Assembly: GCA_964004705.1 (NCBI GenBank)
Contig: CAXFOQ010000003.1
Coordinates: forward strand, 1 to 57,737
Source of the DNA: an uncultured Flavobacteriales bacterium
GTDB taxonomy: Bacteria > Bacteroidota > Bacteroidia > Flavobacteriales > UBA7312
Length of the DNA: 57,737 bases
Direction of reading: 5' to 3'
The notes beneath the pieces were generated by a model that was not told where the DNA came from, made no database searches, and saw nothing but the letters and a program-made list of their open reading frames with translations. Shown piece by piece: positions 45,388-54,161 of the stretch. Each line of letters starts with the position of its first letter. The first letter of the stretch is position 1. The translations under genes were made by a program, and so were the position numbers.

Positions 45388-45929
45388 TAAATAGTTTTTT
45401 CTATTGTTTGGTTTAAAAATTCAAACCCTTTATCCCCAGCAAATAATTCTTGTTGTTCTTCATTTGTATAACGCCCAAAGCGTGTTCTTTCCCAATCTTG
45501 TAAACGGCTTATTACTTTTAAGCTAATTGTGCAAGTTTCCCCAACCGTTACTTGTACACTATCCATAATACCACTGAATATTGTTACTGGCTCGCCAACA
45601 ATAGCATCATTACTATCTAAAAAAGCAACCAAAATAATAGCACTTCTATTTCTATAGTTTTGGTTTAAACTTTCACTCATTAATGTTGTATCTAAACCGG
45701 TAAGAGTTAAATTAATTTGATGTGCGCTTACATCTGTATTTTCTTCAACTTCTGATATTGCGCCAATTTTACCAACGCCTAAATAAGTATTGCTATCATA
45801 AACAATGCTTTGTGCTGTAGAATTTGCATAAAAAGTTCCACTCGCAAAATTACATTGAACCATATTTATCATGGTTACTTGTTCGTCATCTACCTTTGCT
45901 AAAGTATTAGTATTAATAGTTCTTGTCAT
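45363..45929 (-). CDS. Minor tail protein (positional lambda L analogue)
   Basis: 188-aa ORF between the M-like and K-like genes. Confidence 0.5.
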   Translation of the reverse strand: MTRTINTNTLAKVDDEQVTMINMVQCNFASGTFYANSTAQSIVYDSNTYLGVGKIGAISEVEENTDVSAHQINLTLTGLDTTLMSESLNQNYRNRSAIILVAFLDSNDAIVGEPVTIFSGIMDSVQVTVGETCTISLKVISRLQDWERTRFGRYTNEEQQELFAGDKGFEFLNQTIEKTIYWGRTPPE

Positions 45930-46579
45930 GCAAAAGCCTCAATAAATGTAAATGAAATTGTACCTATTAACGGTGGCGCAACATTCCATGCACTTTGGTC
46001 TTCTTCTAGCCTTACAATGCAAGTTAAATCAGTATTGCCTAAACCATTAGCGCTTGTTGTTCTGTAAGATACAACAGCATTATCTGCTGGGCTTGTTCTA
46101 ATGTTGGGCGAAATATTTAATGTTGATTTTCCAACACTATCGCTATTTGCGTCAGCCGTTATCATTTTTAATTCACGCCCAGCCGTTGTGTCGTAAGCAA
46201 TATAATCACCAGCCCTAAAAATATTACTTGTGCTTGTTGGGAAACCATCTACTATTATTGTTGCTCCAGTTTGTGATGCACCTCTAATGCGCAACGTATT
46301 GGAACTTGCTGACATTGCACCTCTAGGCTCAACACCACCAAAATCACCAAAATAAAATCTTCCGTGCATACCTTCTAGGCTTGTAATAAAACTTGCAAGT
46401 GTTCGCCAATCACTTTCAATTAAATCTGTAAAACTAGCTTTGCCATACCACGATGCAGACGGCATTCTTAAAGTTTGTGTACTGGAAGATAATGGGCTTT
46501 TAAAAACTTGTGTATTACTTTGTAAACCAAATTGTATGCTACTTGGAACTAAATTTGCTGGAAAATCTTTTGTTGTCAT
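45926..46579 (-). CDS. Minor/distal tail protein (positional lambda M analogue)
   Basis: 217-aa ORF directly after the tape measure gene (ATGA overlap). Confidence 0.5.
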   Translation of the reverse strand: MTTKDFPANLVPSSIQFGLQSNTQVFKSPLSSSTQTLRMPSASWYGKASFTDLIESDWRTLASFITSLEGMHGRFYFGDFGGVEPRGAMSASSNTLRIRGASQTGATIIVDGFPTSTSNIFRAGDYIAYDTTAGRELKMITADANSDSVGKSTLNISPNIRTSPADNAVVSYRTTSANGLGNTDLTCIVRLEEDQSAWNVAPPLIGTISFTFIEAFA

Positions 46580-48624
46580 GCCCTTCTCCCAGTAGCTTTT
46601 GCAAACCTACCACCTTGTTCAATACTACCAAAAACCATTTTAAATGTTTCTTGTTTAATATTTTCTGCCATCATTTCTAACTGGGCTACAGCACTTCTAT
46701 CTGCACCTCTAAAATCATAATTATTTACAATAGTTGAACCACCGGCATTTGGTACAATTCTTCCAGATTGATTTGGCACGAATATTTCTGCACCTCTTTC
46801 ACCTACTAAATATGGGCTACCTCTACTTACTGCACCACCATACGCCATAGGTGGTAAGCCAACACCTCCAGCACCGGCAACAGAAGATGCACCACCACCA
46901 CCAACACTACCACCACCACCAAAGCCTCCTAAGAAACTCATTAAATTGGGGCTAAATGATTTGTAAGCAGAAATAACAGCCATTCTAGCGCTTATTTGTG
47001 CAAAATATATTAGTATATCTTGAGCAAAGGCTTTCATATTTATTTTGCCATTTTTAACAAGTTGTTCTATTGCATTATCCATAGCGCCAAAAGAACGCTT
47101 AACTGCATCTTCACCAATTTTTGCAAAATCAACAACATTTTTACTTAAATTTTCAAATCCTTTTTCTACACCACTAAAAAATTTTTCAAATGGTGTTTGT
47201 TCTTTTCCTTCGCTTTCTATTTTACCAGTAGTAAAAAAACTACCAGAAATCTTTTCAAGTTCTTTTCTTTGTTTTTCTAAACCATTAATAAATCTTCTCA
47301 TTCTAAATTCAAAACTGTCTCCACCACCTATAATAGCTCGATTTCTTGGTGTAATATTTTCCATCATACCCAATCTACTACCTATTTCTTCTGGTTTTAA
47401 ACCGGCTTCTCTTAATACTTGATCTGAAAATTCATTAATCATATCTTGTGTAAATTGACCAACTTTTATATTTCTTATACCTTTTGCTACGGCTGGAAAT
47501 CTACTTTCAATTTGTACTGCCAATTTTTCCAAAAGAGCATCTACTATACCAGTTGCTAAAGCTAAATAAATGCCACCTCTTAAACCTCTTTTACCAAATA
47601 ATATAAAACCTATAAGACCTAATTCACCTATTGTACCACCAGCAAAATCATTTAACTTATTTACACCAGAAACAACCATATTAAAGAAAAATTTAAATTC
47701 GTCAGATAATTTAACTAACCTATCTAATGCCATTGCTCCACCGATAAGAAAATCACCAAAAAAATTCATAAAACCACCAGATTTTATAAATTTTGTAATT
47801 CCATCAGTTAAGTTTACTAAAACACCAATTAACCCAGCTTCACCTATCGCAATTTTTACTTTATCTATAGCATTAAAAAATCTGTTAAATTCAGCAGTTG
47901 CACTTTTTGACGCTACTTCTGCTGGTTCTTTAAATTTTTCCATTAACAAATTACCAAGTTTTGGCAATAAATCACTTGCTAAAACTTCGCCATTATCAAG
48001 CATTTTATTTAATTGTTTTGTTGTAACGCCCAACGCTTCTGCTGACATTGCAAAAGCGCCCGGAAGTCTCTCACCTAATTGCCCTCTTAATTCTTCAGCT
48101 TGAACATTGCCTTTTGAAATCATTTGTTGCAATGCCCTTAAAGAACCACTCATATCATCGGTGCTTAACTTCATTGCGCCACCGGCAGTTACAACAGCTT
48201 CAAATATTTTATTTGTTGTATCTGCATCCATACCGGCAGTTCTAGATGCAATAGAAAAGTTTTTAAAACCTTCGGCAGTTGCCAAAAAGTTTACGCCAAG
48301 CCTATCAGACATAGCTTCTAATGTTTGTAATGTTTTATTTGTTTGTACACTACTACCAGAAACAGCCGTTAAAGCCGTTCTTAAACGGTCTAGGCGCAAA
48401 CTTGTTTGCACTACTGCACCAGCACCCAAAGCCAAGCCAACACCGGCTAGAGCGCCTTGTAAGCCGAATATAGCGCTAGTTACACTTCTAAATGATCCTT
48501 GTATTCTGTTTACTTGGTTTGTAACGGCTCTGCTTGTGGTAGCCATTGCAGTACGAAAAGCGCCAAGTTGTTGCCTAGCACCTCTTGTATTTACTGCTAT
48601 ATTTAATCTTGCTAGGTCTGCCAT
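46576..48624 (-). CDS. Tape measure protein
   Basis: 682 aa, helical with Ala/Gly/Leu-rich stretches and a hydrophobic middle. Gly-run GGFGGGGSVGGGG. Follows the chaperone pair. Confidence 0.85.
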   Translation of the reverse strand: MADLARLNIAVNTRGARQQLGAFRTAMATTSRAVTNQVNRIQGSFRSVTSAIFGLQGALAGVGLALGAGAVVQTSLRLDRLRTALTAVSGSSVQTNKTLQTLEAMSDRLGVNFLATAEGFKNFSIASRTAGMDADTTNKIFEAVVTAGGAMKLSTDDMSGSLRALQQMISKGNVQAEELRGQLGERLPGAFAMSAEALGVTTKQLNKMLDNGEVLASDLLPKLGNLLMEKFKEPAEVASKSATAEFNRFFNAIDKVKIAIGEAGLIGVLVNLTDGITKFIKSGGFMNFFGDFLIGGAMALDRLVKLSDEFKFFFNMVVSGVNKLNDFAGGTIGELGLIGFILFGKRGLRGGIYLALATGIVDALLEKLAVQIESRFPAVAKGIRNIKVGQFTQDMINEFSDQVLREAGLKPEEIGSRLGMMENITPRNRAIIGGGDSFEFRMRRFINGLEKQRKELEKISGSFFTTGKIESEGKEQTPFEKFFSGVEKGFENLSKNVVDFAKIGEDAVKRSFGAMDNAIEQLVKNGKINMKAFAQDILIYFAQISARMAVISAYKSFSPNLMSFLGGFGGGGSVGGGGASSVAGAGGVGLPPMAYGGAVSRGSPYLVGERGAEIFVPNQSGRIVPNAGGSTIVNNYDFRGADRSAVAQLEMMAENIKQETFKMVFGSIEQGGRFAKATGRRA

Positions 48625-48932
48625 TACTTGCCCTTGTTTGATGCATTTGAAATTTTTATGTATTCAATATCTAGTTGTGATATTATAAATATAAAATCCT
48701 CTACATCTGTTACTTTATGCAATTCTACATATGCTTTTATATCACTAAACGGTATAGGCGAAACAGCCATTCCTACTTGCCTATGATTGTTTAAATCAAC
48801 AAATGCTTCTGCATAAATTTGTTGAAAATATGTAAGCGTGATTGCGTCTTTTACAAATGGCTTCTCATGCACATCTTTTACGGTTGCCACAAGTTTTTCA
48901 TATTTATCTCCCCAAGATAATTGCCAACGCAA
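48624..48932 (-). CDS. Tail assembly chaperone T-segment, probably made only as a -1 frameshift fusion with 48941..49339
   Basis: No ATG (TTG in the track). Its frame is the -1 frame of the upstream gene and is open back to the slippery site. Confidence 0.6.
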   Translation of the reverse strand: MRWQLSWGDKYEKLVATVKDVHEKPFVKDAITLTYFQQIYAEAFVDLNNHRQVGMAVSPIPFSDIKAYVELHKVTDVEDFIFIISQLDIEYIKISNASNKGK

Positions 48933-48940
48933 CCACGCTA

Positions 48941-49339
48941 TTAGTTTTTTAAATCAAGTTCGTTTTGCTCCGTTTTGTAATTTGCAACATCTGTTGAATA
49001 ATTTGTAATTAAATCTCTAAACTCTTCAGCACCTTCCATGCTTAATATTTCAACACATTTTTCACGACTATATTGAATTTCTTTTCCATTCAAAAGTAAT
49101 CCTTTCCAGCCAAGCAAAATGTGGTCAGCCATACATTCAACCATAATTTCAACTTCTTTTTTTGCTGAAAGAGTTCCATTTTCATATGCTCTTCTGTATG
49201 GTTGTAATCTTTTTTTAAAAGCTGTTTGAAAACCTTTATTGCCTAATTTTGCAATTAAAAATGATGTTGTTTCATCATGTTCAACCCAAACCCCATTATT
49301 AGCGAGGTCTGGGTTATATTTTAAATCATTTATATCCAT
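48941..49339 (-). CDS. Tail assembly chaperone (G-like)
   Basis: 132 aa between the tail tube and tape measure genes. Ends in the slippery heptamer. Confidence 0.7.
   Translation of the reverse strand: MDINDLKYNPDLANNGVWVEHDETTSFLIAKLGNKGFQTAFKKRLQPYRRAYENGTLSAKKEVEIMVECMADHILLGWKGLLLNGKEIQYSREKCVEILSMEGAEEFRDLITNYSTDVANYKTEQNELDLKN
48944..48950 (-). other. -1 programmed frameshift slippery heptamer A_AAA_AAC
   Basis: Minus strand: GAT TTA AAA AAC TAA. After a -1 slip it reads AAA AAA CTA ATA GCG TGG TTG CGT TGG CAA with no stop. Confidence 0.6.
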
Positions 49340-49344
49340 ATTAC

Positions 49345-50253
49345 CTATGCTCTAGTTATTTTCAAAGTACACGCTTCTGATGTATCATACTTTGCAATAA
49401 ACTCCAAATCAGACATTACATCTGAATTAGTTGAGCCGGCTGTTACAGTGCCAGTTGTATATTCAATTTTAGGTAATAAGAAAGTGTAACTGTTAGAACC
49501 ATCGTTTAACGTAATTGACAAAGCGCTGTCAGTACCATTAACAAATTTTTCATATAAAGTACCACTAGAAAAATAAGCCGACATAGAACCGGTTACACTA
49601 AATTGTCCAAGCCCTATACCAGTTGCGCCTAAATTACCAATTTCGTTTTGCGCTCTTAAATTGTTATCTATTGTAAGGCTTAAACTCATAACGCTTTCAG
49701 AAATGCCACTGCCACCTTCTAAAATTTGTGTAACATTATTAACTGCGTTAAATGGTTGCGCTGTTGTGGTTGCATCTATTGAACTGTCAACAGCCGAAGT
49801 TGATACTGTCATATTTTTACCTAAAACAGTAAAGCTACCGGTTACTATTTCGCCAGCACTTATATTAAGCCCCATAGAACCTATTCTACAGCCCTTAAAT
49901 ACATGAAATTTATCTGTACTGCCAAGTTCAAACTTTTTTTCCAAGCTAAAACTTTTTAATGTACTGCCATTTTTTAGTACGTTTGTGCTGTAAGTTGACA
50001 TCATTAGACCCTCTAATAATGTATCATAAGTTCCATAACTTAATTCAAAATTTAAATCACCAGATACACTTGCGTTTGTTCTTATAATATCTTGAACATT
50101 ACGGTCAGCCCTTATTTCTTCGCTTTGCGTATTTTCAATATTAAAAGCTAAACTTTCGCCAGTAAATCTTGTAAATGTCATGCCGTTTGTTGGTGTTACA
50201 CCGAATGTGGACTCTGCCACAACAGCAATCGAGGTTTGGTTTGTATCGCCCAT
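49345..50253 (-). CDS. Major tail (tube) protein
   Basis: 302 aa, Thr/Ser/Gly-rich beta-type protein immediately upstream of the chaperone pair. Confidence 0.7.
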   Translation of the reverse strand: MGDTNQTSIAVVAESTFGVTPTNGMTFTRFTGESLAFNIENTQSEEIRADRNVQDIIRTNASVSGDLNFELSYGTYDTLLEGLMMSTYSTNVLKNGSTLKSFSLEKKFELGSTDKFHVFKGCRIGSMGLNISAGEIVTGSFTVLGKNMTVSTSAVDSSIDATTTAQPFNAVNNVTQILEGGSGISESVMSLSLTIDNNLRAQNEIGNLGATGIGLGQFSVTGSMSAYFSSGTLYEKFVNGTDSALSITLNDGSNSYTFLLPKIEYTTGTVTAGSTNSDVMSDLEFIAKYDTSEACTLKITRA

Positions 50254-50264
50254 ATTCGCTCCTA

Positions 50265-50684
50265 TTAGCTATAAGTGACATCTCTTTGAAAAGGGATATC
50301 TAGGTTAGTTTGTAATATGCCTTCACTTACCCCAACTCTTGTTATTGTAGGTGTTCGACATAAGATTGTTCCACTGCTCCCAGCAGAGAATTGCACGGCT
50401 CTGAAAATAGTAGCTAAACTATCGGCATAACTTCGTGCTGTATTAGTGCCAGTATCAGCCGGCACGAATATCTGTATAATTATATTACCAATATGCCTGT
50501 GTTTATCAGTTGTAGCGCTTCCACTCATATCTATTTGTTCAGCACTACCATTTAAAATAAACATGGCAATATAAGTATTATTATCCGGTTTTTTAAAAGG
50601 TACGTTTTCAAACTGTATTGTTGTTGTTGTCCAGTTGCTACTTAACCGGCTTTCTATTGCTTTTCTTTCATCTGCAAAAGTCAT
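50265..50684 (-). CDS. Tail terminator-like protein
   Basis: 139 aa. RKAIESRLSSNWTTTTIQFENVPFKKP is typical of siphovirus tail terminators. Its position also fits. Confidence 0.55.
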   Translation of the reverse strand: MTFADERKAIESRLSSNWTTTTIQFENVPFKKPDNNTYIAMFILNGSAEQIDMSGSATTDKHRHIGNIIIQIFVPADTGTNTARSYADSLATIFRAVQFSAGSSGTILCRTPTITRVGVSEGILQTNLDIPFQRDVTYS

Positions 50685-50685
50685 T

Positions 50686-51072
50686 TTAAATTGTCAACGC
50701 TTTTAACTGCGCTTGTACCTCATTTATTGTTAAACTTACCATGCCATTTGGCGCTTGTTGACTTGAACCTTTATCAAGTTCATTAATATAATCAACATTA
50801 TTTGTTATATAAATAACATCACCTTTACCGGTAATTCTGCCAACACTGCCTTTTGCATTTGCGCCATGCACTACATTTTCACTTGCTGTGCTTAAATTAA
50901 CAACTTCTTCAGTTAAATTCCAACTTGCTCTTGCTCTACCAGTATCAACTGGTGTTTTTTTTGTTACACCGTTCCATATTTCAAACCCAACTTTTCTAGC
51001 AACTATATCTAAATTTAATTGCGTTTTTTTGCTAAACTTTGCCAAATCTAAATTGAATTGTCTTACCGACAT
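50686..51072 (-). CDS. HK97 gp10-family neck/tail-completion protein
   Basis: TKKTPVDTGRARASW and YINELDKGSSQQAP blocks. Confidence 0.65.
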   Translation of the reverse strand: MSVRQFNLDLAKFSKKTQLNLDIVARKVGFEIWNGVTKKTPVDTGRARASWNLTEEVVNLSTASENVVHGANAKGSVGRITGKGDVIYITNNVDYINELDKGSSQQAPNGMVSLTINEVQAQLKALTI

Positions 51073-51446
51073 TACTTTGTAAGCCCTAAAGTATAAGTGG
51101 CAACACTTTGACCACTAAAGTTTTCTATAACTGAACCAACCACATAAACAACATTTAAAATTTTTACTATATCACCCTCTTCTGGTGCTTGATCAAAAGT
51201 TCTTGACGCTACCGTTATAGTTTTTGCAAGATTAACCAGCCCAGTATCATTTTGTGTTCTGTTACTTGTTTCAATAATGCATTTTATATTTAAATTTTTA
51301 TCACTTGCAGTAACTGCACCAGTGGTTGCATTATAAGTAGAAAATTTTTTGTGCGTAAATTTTGCTGTTGTGCCAAAAGTTTTTATAAACTTATCAGCTA
51401 CCGGCAATAACGCTTTATCTAATGCTGTTCCACCTATTGCTGGCAT
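51072..51446 (-). CDS. Head-closure/head-tail joining protein
   Basis: 124-aa ORF in the neck module with TAATG junctions. Confidence 0.45.
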   Translation of the reverse strand: MPAIGGTALDKALLPVADKFIKTFGTTAKFTHKKFSTYNATTGAVTASDKNLNIKCIIETSNRTQNDTGLVNLAKTITVASRTFDQAPEEGDIVKILNVVYVVGSVIENFSGQSVATYTLGLTK

Positions 51447-51640
51447 TACTTGCTTGCCTTGTCTTTTATAGCTTTTGGTTGCAACGCATCTAACCTTTCT
51501 TCCAATTCTTTATTTTTTGCCATAGCCAATCTATAATCTGCACCTTTTTGTATTGCATCATTCATTGCTCTATCTCTTTGTTCTACTATTTCTTGTACAA
51601 TCGCTTGATGTACTTTTTGGTCTATCTTTTGATTTTCCAT
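51446..51640 (-). CDS. Small coiled-coil protein
   Basis: 64-aa ORF. Confidence 0.45.
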   Translation of the reverse strand: MENQKIDQKVHQAIVQEIVEQRDRAMNDAIQKGADYRLAMAKNKELEERLDALQPKAIKDKASK

Positions 51641-51649
51641 TTTTACTCC

Positions 51650-51943
51650 TTAACTTGGTTTACTTGGAAAAGTTACTTTATCTAAATCAGATGATTTAGT
51701 AATATCTCTTAATTCTTGTCTGTATTTTCGCCATGCAGTTGCATCGCCACCATTATCAACTAAAGTATTTATTTTATGGTCAGCTTCTAATAACAGTGGT
51801 TCTCTTTCATTTCGTATTTCCATAAGTTTTAATTTTGAAGCATCGTCTATTGCTTGTTGCTCATCTTTTTTTCTTTGTTCAATTTCTGCATCAGTTAATT
51901 TTGTTCTAATGCCATCTACATTTTTATATAAAACTTCGCTCAT
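51650..51943 (-). CDS. Tail-fibre assembly chaperone-like protein
   Basis: REPLLLEADHKIN...ATAWRKYRQELRDI matches the tail-fibre assembly pattern (W..YRQ.LRDI). Confidence 0.55.
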   Translation of the reverse strand: MSEVLYKNVDGIRTKLTDAEIEQRKKDEQQAIDDASKLKLMEIRNEREPLLLEADHKINTLVDNGGDATAWRKYRQELRDITKSSDLDKVTFPSKPS

Positions 51944-52674
51944 TATAATTTAATTCCATAAACTGATATTGTTCCAGATGTTATATTGCCACTACTCATA
52001 AAGAATTGTATTTCATCAACTTTGGCTGAAGAATTTTCAAAACCAGCTTGAAACATCTCTAAACCATAAGTAACATAAGCATTTGTAGCACTTCTCATAA
52101 ATTGGTCTATATTTGTTATAGCTTTTACTGAGGTTGTACTTCTTAAATTGTGAAAACGATAATGACCATTAAAGTAATCAGTGGAAGCATTGCCTAATCT
52201 AGTATTTGAATTATTGCCACTATTTAAATGAATACTGTCATCTACAACATCATAAAATAACGCACCAGAAAGAGAAGCACCATGTGTCATATATTTTTGT
52301 TTTAAAAAGTAATTATAATTCATTCCAGTATCTACACCAGTTGTACCTTCAACTCCCATTCTAACTTCCAACATTGTGCTATCAGTTGCTGGTTTTAATT
52401 GATTAATTACTACATCATAAATATCAAAATCATCAGTTATTGAACTACTACCAATAGAAACAGTTGCATCATTACTTGCTGTAATTTTAGTAATAAATTT
52501 ACCAACAGCTATATCATCTCCAACTTTTGCATTTGTAACTGCGTCATCAGCAACCTTTGCTGTGGTAATATTAGCATCTGTTATTTTAGCAGTAGTTATA
52601 GCTGTATCGGCAATCTTTGCTGTAGTAATGTTAGCATCTGTAATACTTGCAGTTGTTATTTTAGATAGTGCCAT
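51943..52674 (-). CDS. Tail-fibre-like protein with TTAK repeats
   Basis: MALSKITTASITDANITTAKIADTAITTAKITDANITTAKVADDAVTNAKVGDD... Confidence 0.7.
   Translation of the reverse strand: MALSKITTASITDANITTAKIADTAITTAKITDANITTAKVADDAVTNAKVGDDIAVGKFITKITASNDATVSIGSSSITDDFDIYDVVINQLKPATDSTMLEVRMGVEGTTGVDTGMNYNYFLKQKYMTHGASLSGALFYDVVDDSIHLNSGNNSNTRLGNASTDYFNGHYRFHNLRSTTSVKAITNIDQFMRSATNAYVTYGLEMFQAGFENSSAKVDEIQFFMSSGNITSGTISVYGIKL
52515..52653 (-). repeat. TTAK-type in-frame coding repeats
   Basis: Same repeat unit as at 445..673 and 53861..54113. Confidence 0.75.
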
Positions 52675-52985
52675 TATCTATTCTCTTCTATTGCTTTCTT
52701 ATATGCTTCTTTAACATCATCAGTCCATAGCGCTTCAGCCATTGCTTTTACTTTAGCTTCTTCATTAGACAAATCAGTTGGTGTATGTTCCCAACTTCCA
52801 TCAGCTAATTTATTGCTTTCAAAAGGTTCTAAAGATGCCCTATGAAATGAATTACTAACAACTTTTTTTGAACCATCTGCTTGTTCTTCGCTAACCCTTA
52901 TAGAAGTTCTAATTGATATACTCCAACTTCCATAAACTTCCATTCTGTCTATTATATTCTCTTTTGTTAAATCACCTTCTGCCAT
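52674..52985 (-). CDS. Small acidic protein paired with a TTAK-repeat fibre (paralog of 715..1002)
   Basis: 103 aa. The stop overlaps the fibre ATG. Shares a VKEAY..AI C-terminal block with its paralog. Confidence 0.55.
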   Translation of the reverse strand: MAEGDLTKENIIDRMEVYGSWSISIRTSIRVSEEQADGSKKVVSNSFHRASLEPFESNKLADGSWEHTPTDLSNEEAKVKAMAEALWTDDVKEAYKKAIEENR

Positions 52986-52994
52986 TTTTTTCTC

Positions 52995-54161
52995 CTAAAT
53001 TGAACCTATATGATAACACCCAGCTATTTTCCATCTGTGGTCTACAAAACTCACTTGACTTGCTGGTAAATCTCTCCAAACACCTTGAGCCGGCATTTGT
53101 AAAAAACTAATTGCCGTTCCATATTGTTGACAACCAATAAATGGTCGTGTACTATCTGATACTCTTCTATAAAAATATTGACCACCATTCAAAGTACAAC
53201 CAGTATTTCCACTAAACGGAAGGTTTTGAATTGTTACTGCATTTCCAGTTGAACCAGATACACTATTACCACTATCTAAGTTTATATCAATAAAGACCAT
53301 ATCTCCAATTCGTGTATAATGACCAGAACCATAAGCATTACCAGCACCTTGATAAGAGAATGTACAACCACTAGCAGTTGGTTTTGGAGAAAACGTACCA
53401 TGCTCATAATATTGTAAAACTTCATTTTCAGATGTTGGGTTTGCAGTTCCGTCACCAGTAGGAACATTGTTAGTGCCACTTTGTGCAGAAAAATCTATTC
53501 CCTTACCACTTGTTCCTATAACAAGGTTGCCAGTTTTAACATTTACATCACCATCTGCTTCTATTTCTAGTCTTGTTGCAGTACCAGAACCACCATTAAA
53601 CATATGTTTACCAGCAGTTTCATAATTCGTATATTGTATGTCATCTTCAAATACAGATATTCTACAACCATCTGTGCTGTTTGTTACTCCAGTAGCATTA
53701 TTTTGAAATTGAATACCAGCTTCAGCAGAACTATAAATTGTAAGTTTTTGATGTAATTCATTAGCAGTATTAGTGCCAATACCAACTTTGTCAGCAGACG
53801 TATCTACAAAAAAGTCTGTACCACCAACAGTTAAATCATTACTTGTAGCTATTGTACCAGTTGTACTAATTGCTACATCATCTGCGACCTTTGCAGTAGT
53901 TACTGCATCATCAGCTAATTTAGCAGTTGTTATAATATTATCGGTTAATTTTACTGTACCAATACTGCCATTAGTATAATGCTCAGTATTTATAGCATTG
54001 TCAGCAATTTTAGTACCATCAACAGCATCAGCACCTATTTTAGCCGTTGTAACGGCTGTGTCGGCTAATTTAGCAGTAGTTATACCACCATCTGCAACAT
54101 CTGCTGTGGCTATTGTGCTATCTGTGTTTAATAAATCGCCTAAATTTCTTGTATTACCCAT
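52995..54161 (-). CDS. Tail-fibre-like protein with TTAK repeats
   Basis: ...IATADVADGGITTAKLADTAVTTAKIGADAVDGTKIADNAINTEHY...ITTAKLADDAVTTAKVADD... Confidence 0.7.
   Translation of the reverse strand: MGNTRNLGDLLNTDSTIATADVADGGITTAKLADTAVTTAKIGADAVDGTKIADNAINTEHYTNGSIGTVKLTDNIITTAKLADDAVTTAKVADDVAISTTGTIATSNDLTVGGTDFFVDTSADKVGIGTNTANELHQKLTIYSSAEAGIQFQNNATGVTNSTDGCRISVFEDDIQYTNYETAGKHMFNGGSGTATRLEIEADGDVNVKTGNLVIGTSGKGIDFSAQSGTNNVPTGDGTANPTSENEVLQYYEHGTFSPKPTASGCTFSYQGAGNAYGSGHYTRIGDMVFIDINLDSGNSVSGSTGNAVTIQNLPFSGNTGCTLNGGQYFYRRVSDSTRPFIGCQQYGTAISFLQMPAQGVWRDLPASQVSFVDHRWKIAGCYHIGSI
53861..54113 (-). repeat. TTAK-type in-frame coding repeats
   Basis: Same repeat unit. Explains the plus-strand shadow ORFs 53773..53979 and 53998..54183. 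Confidence 0.75.
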
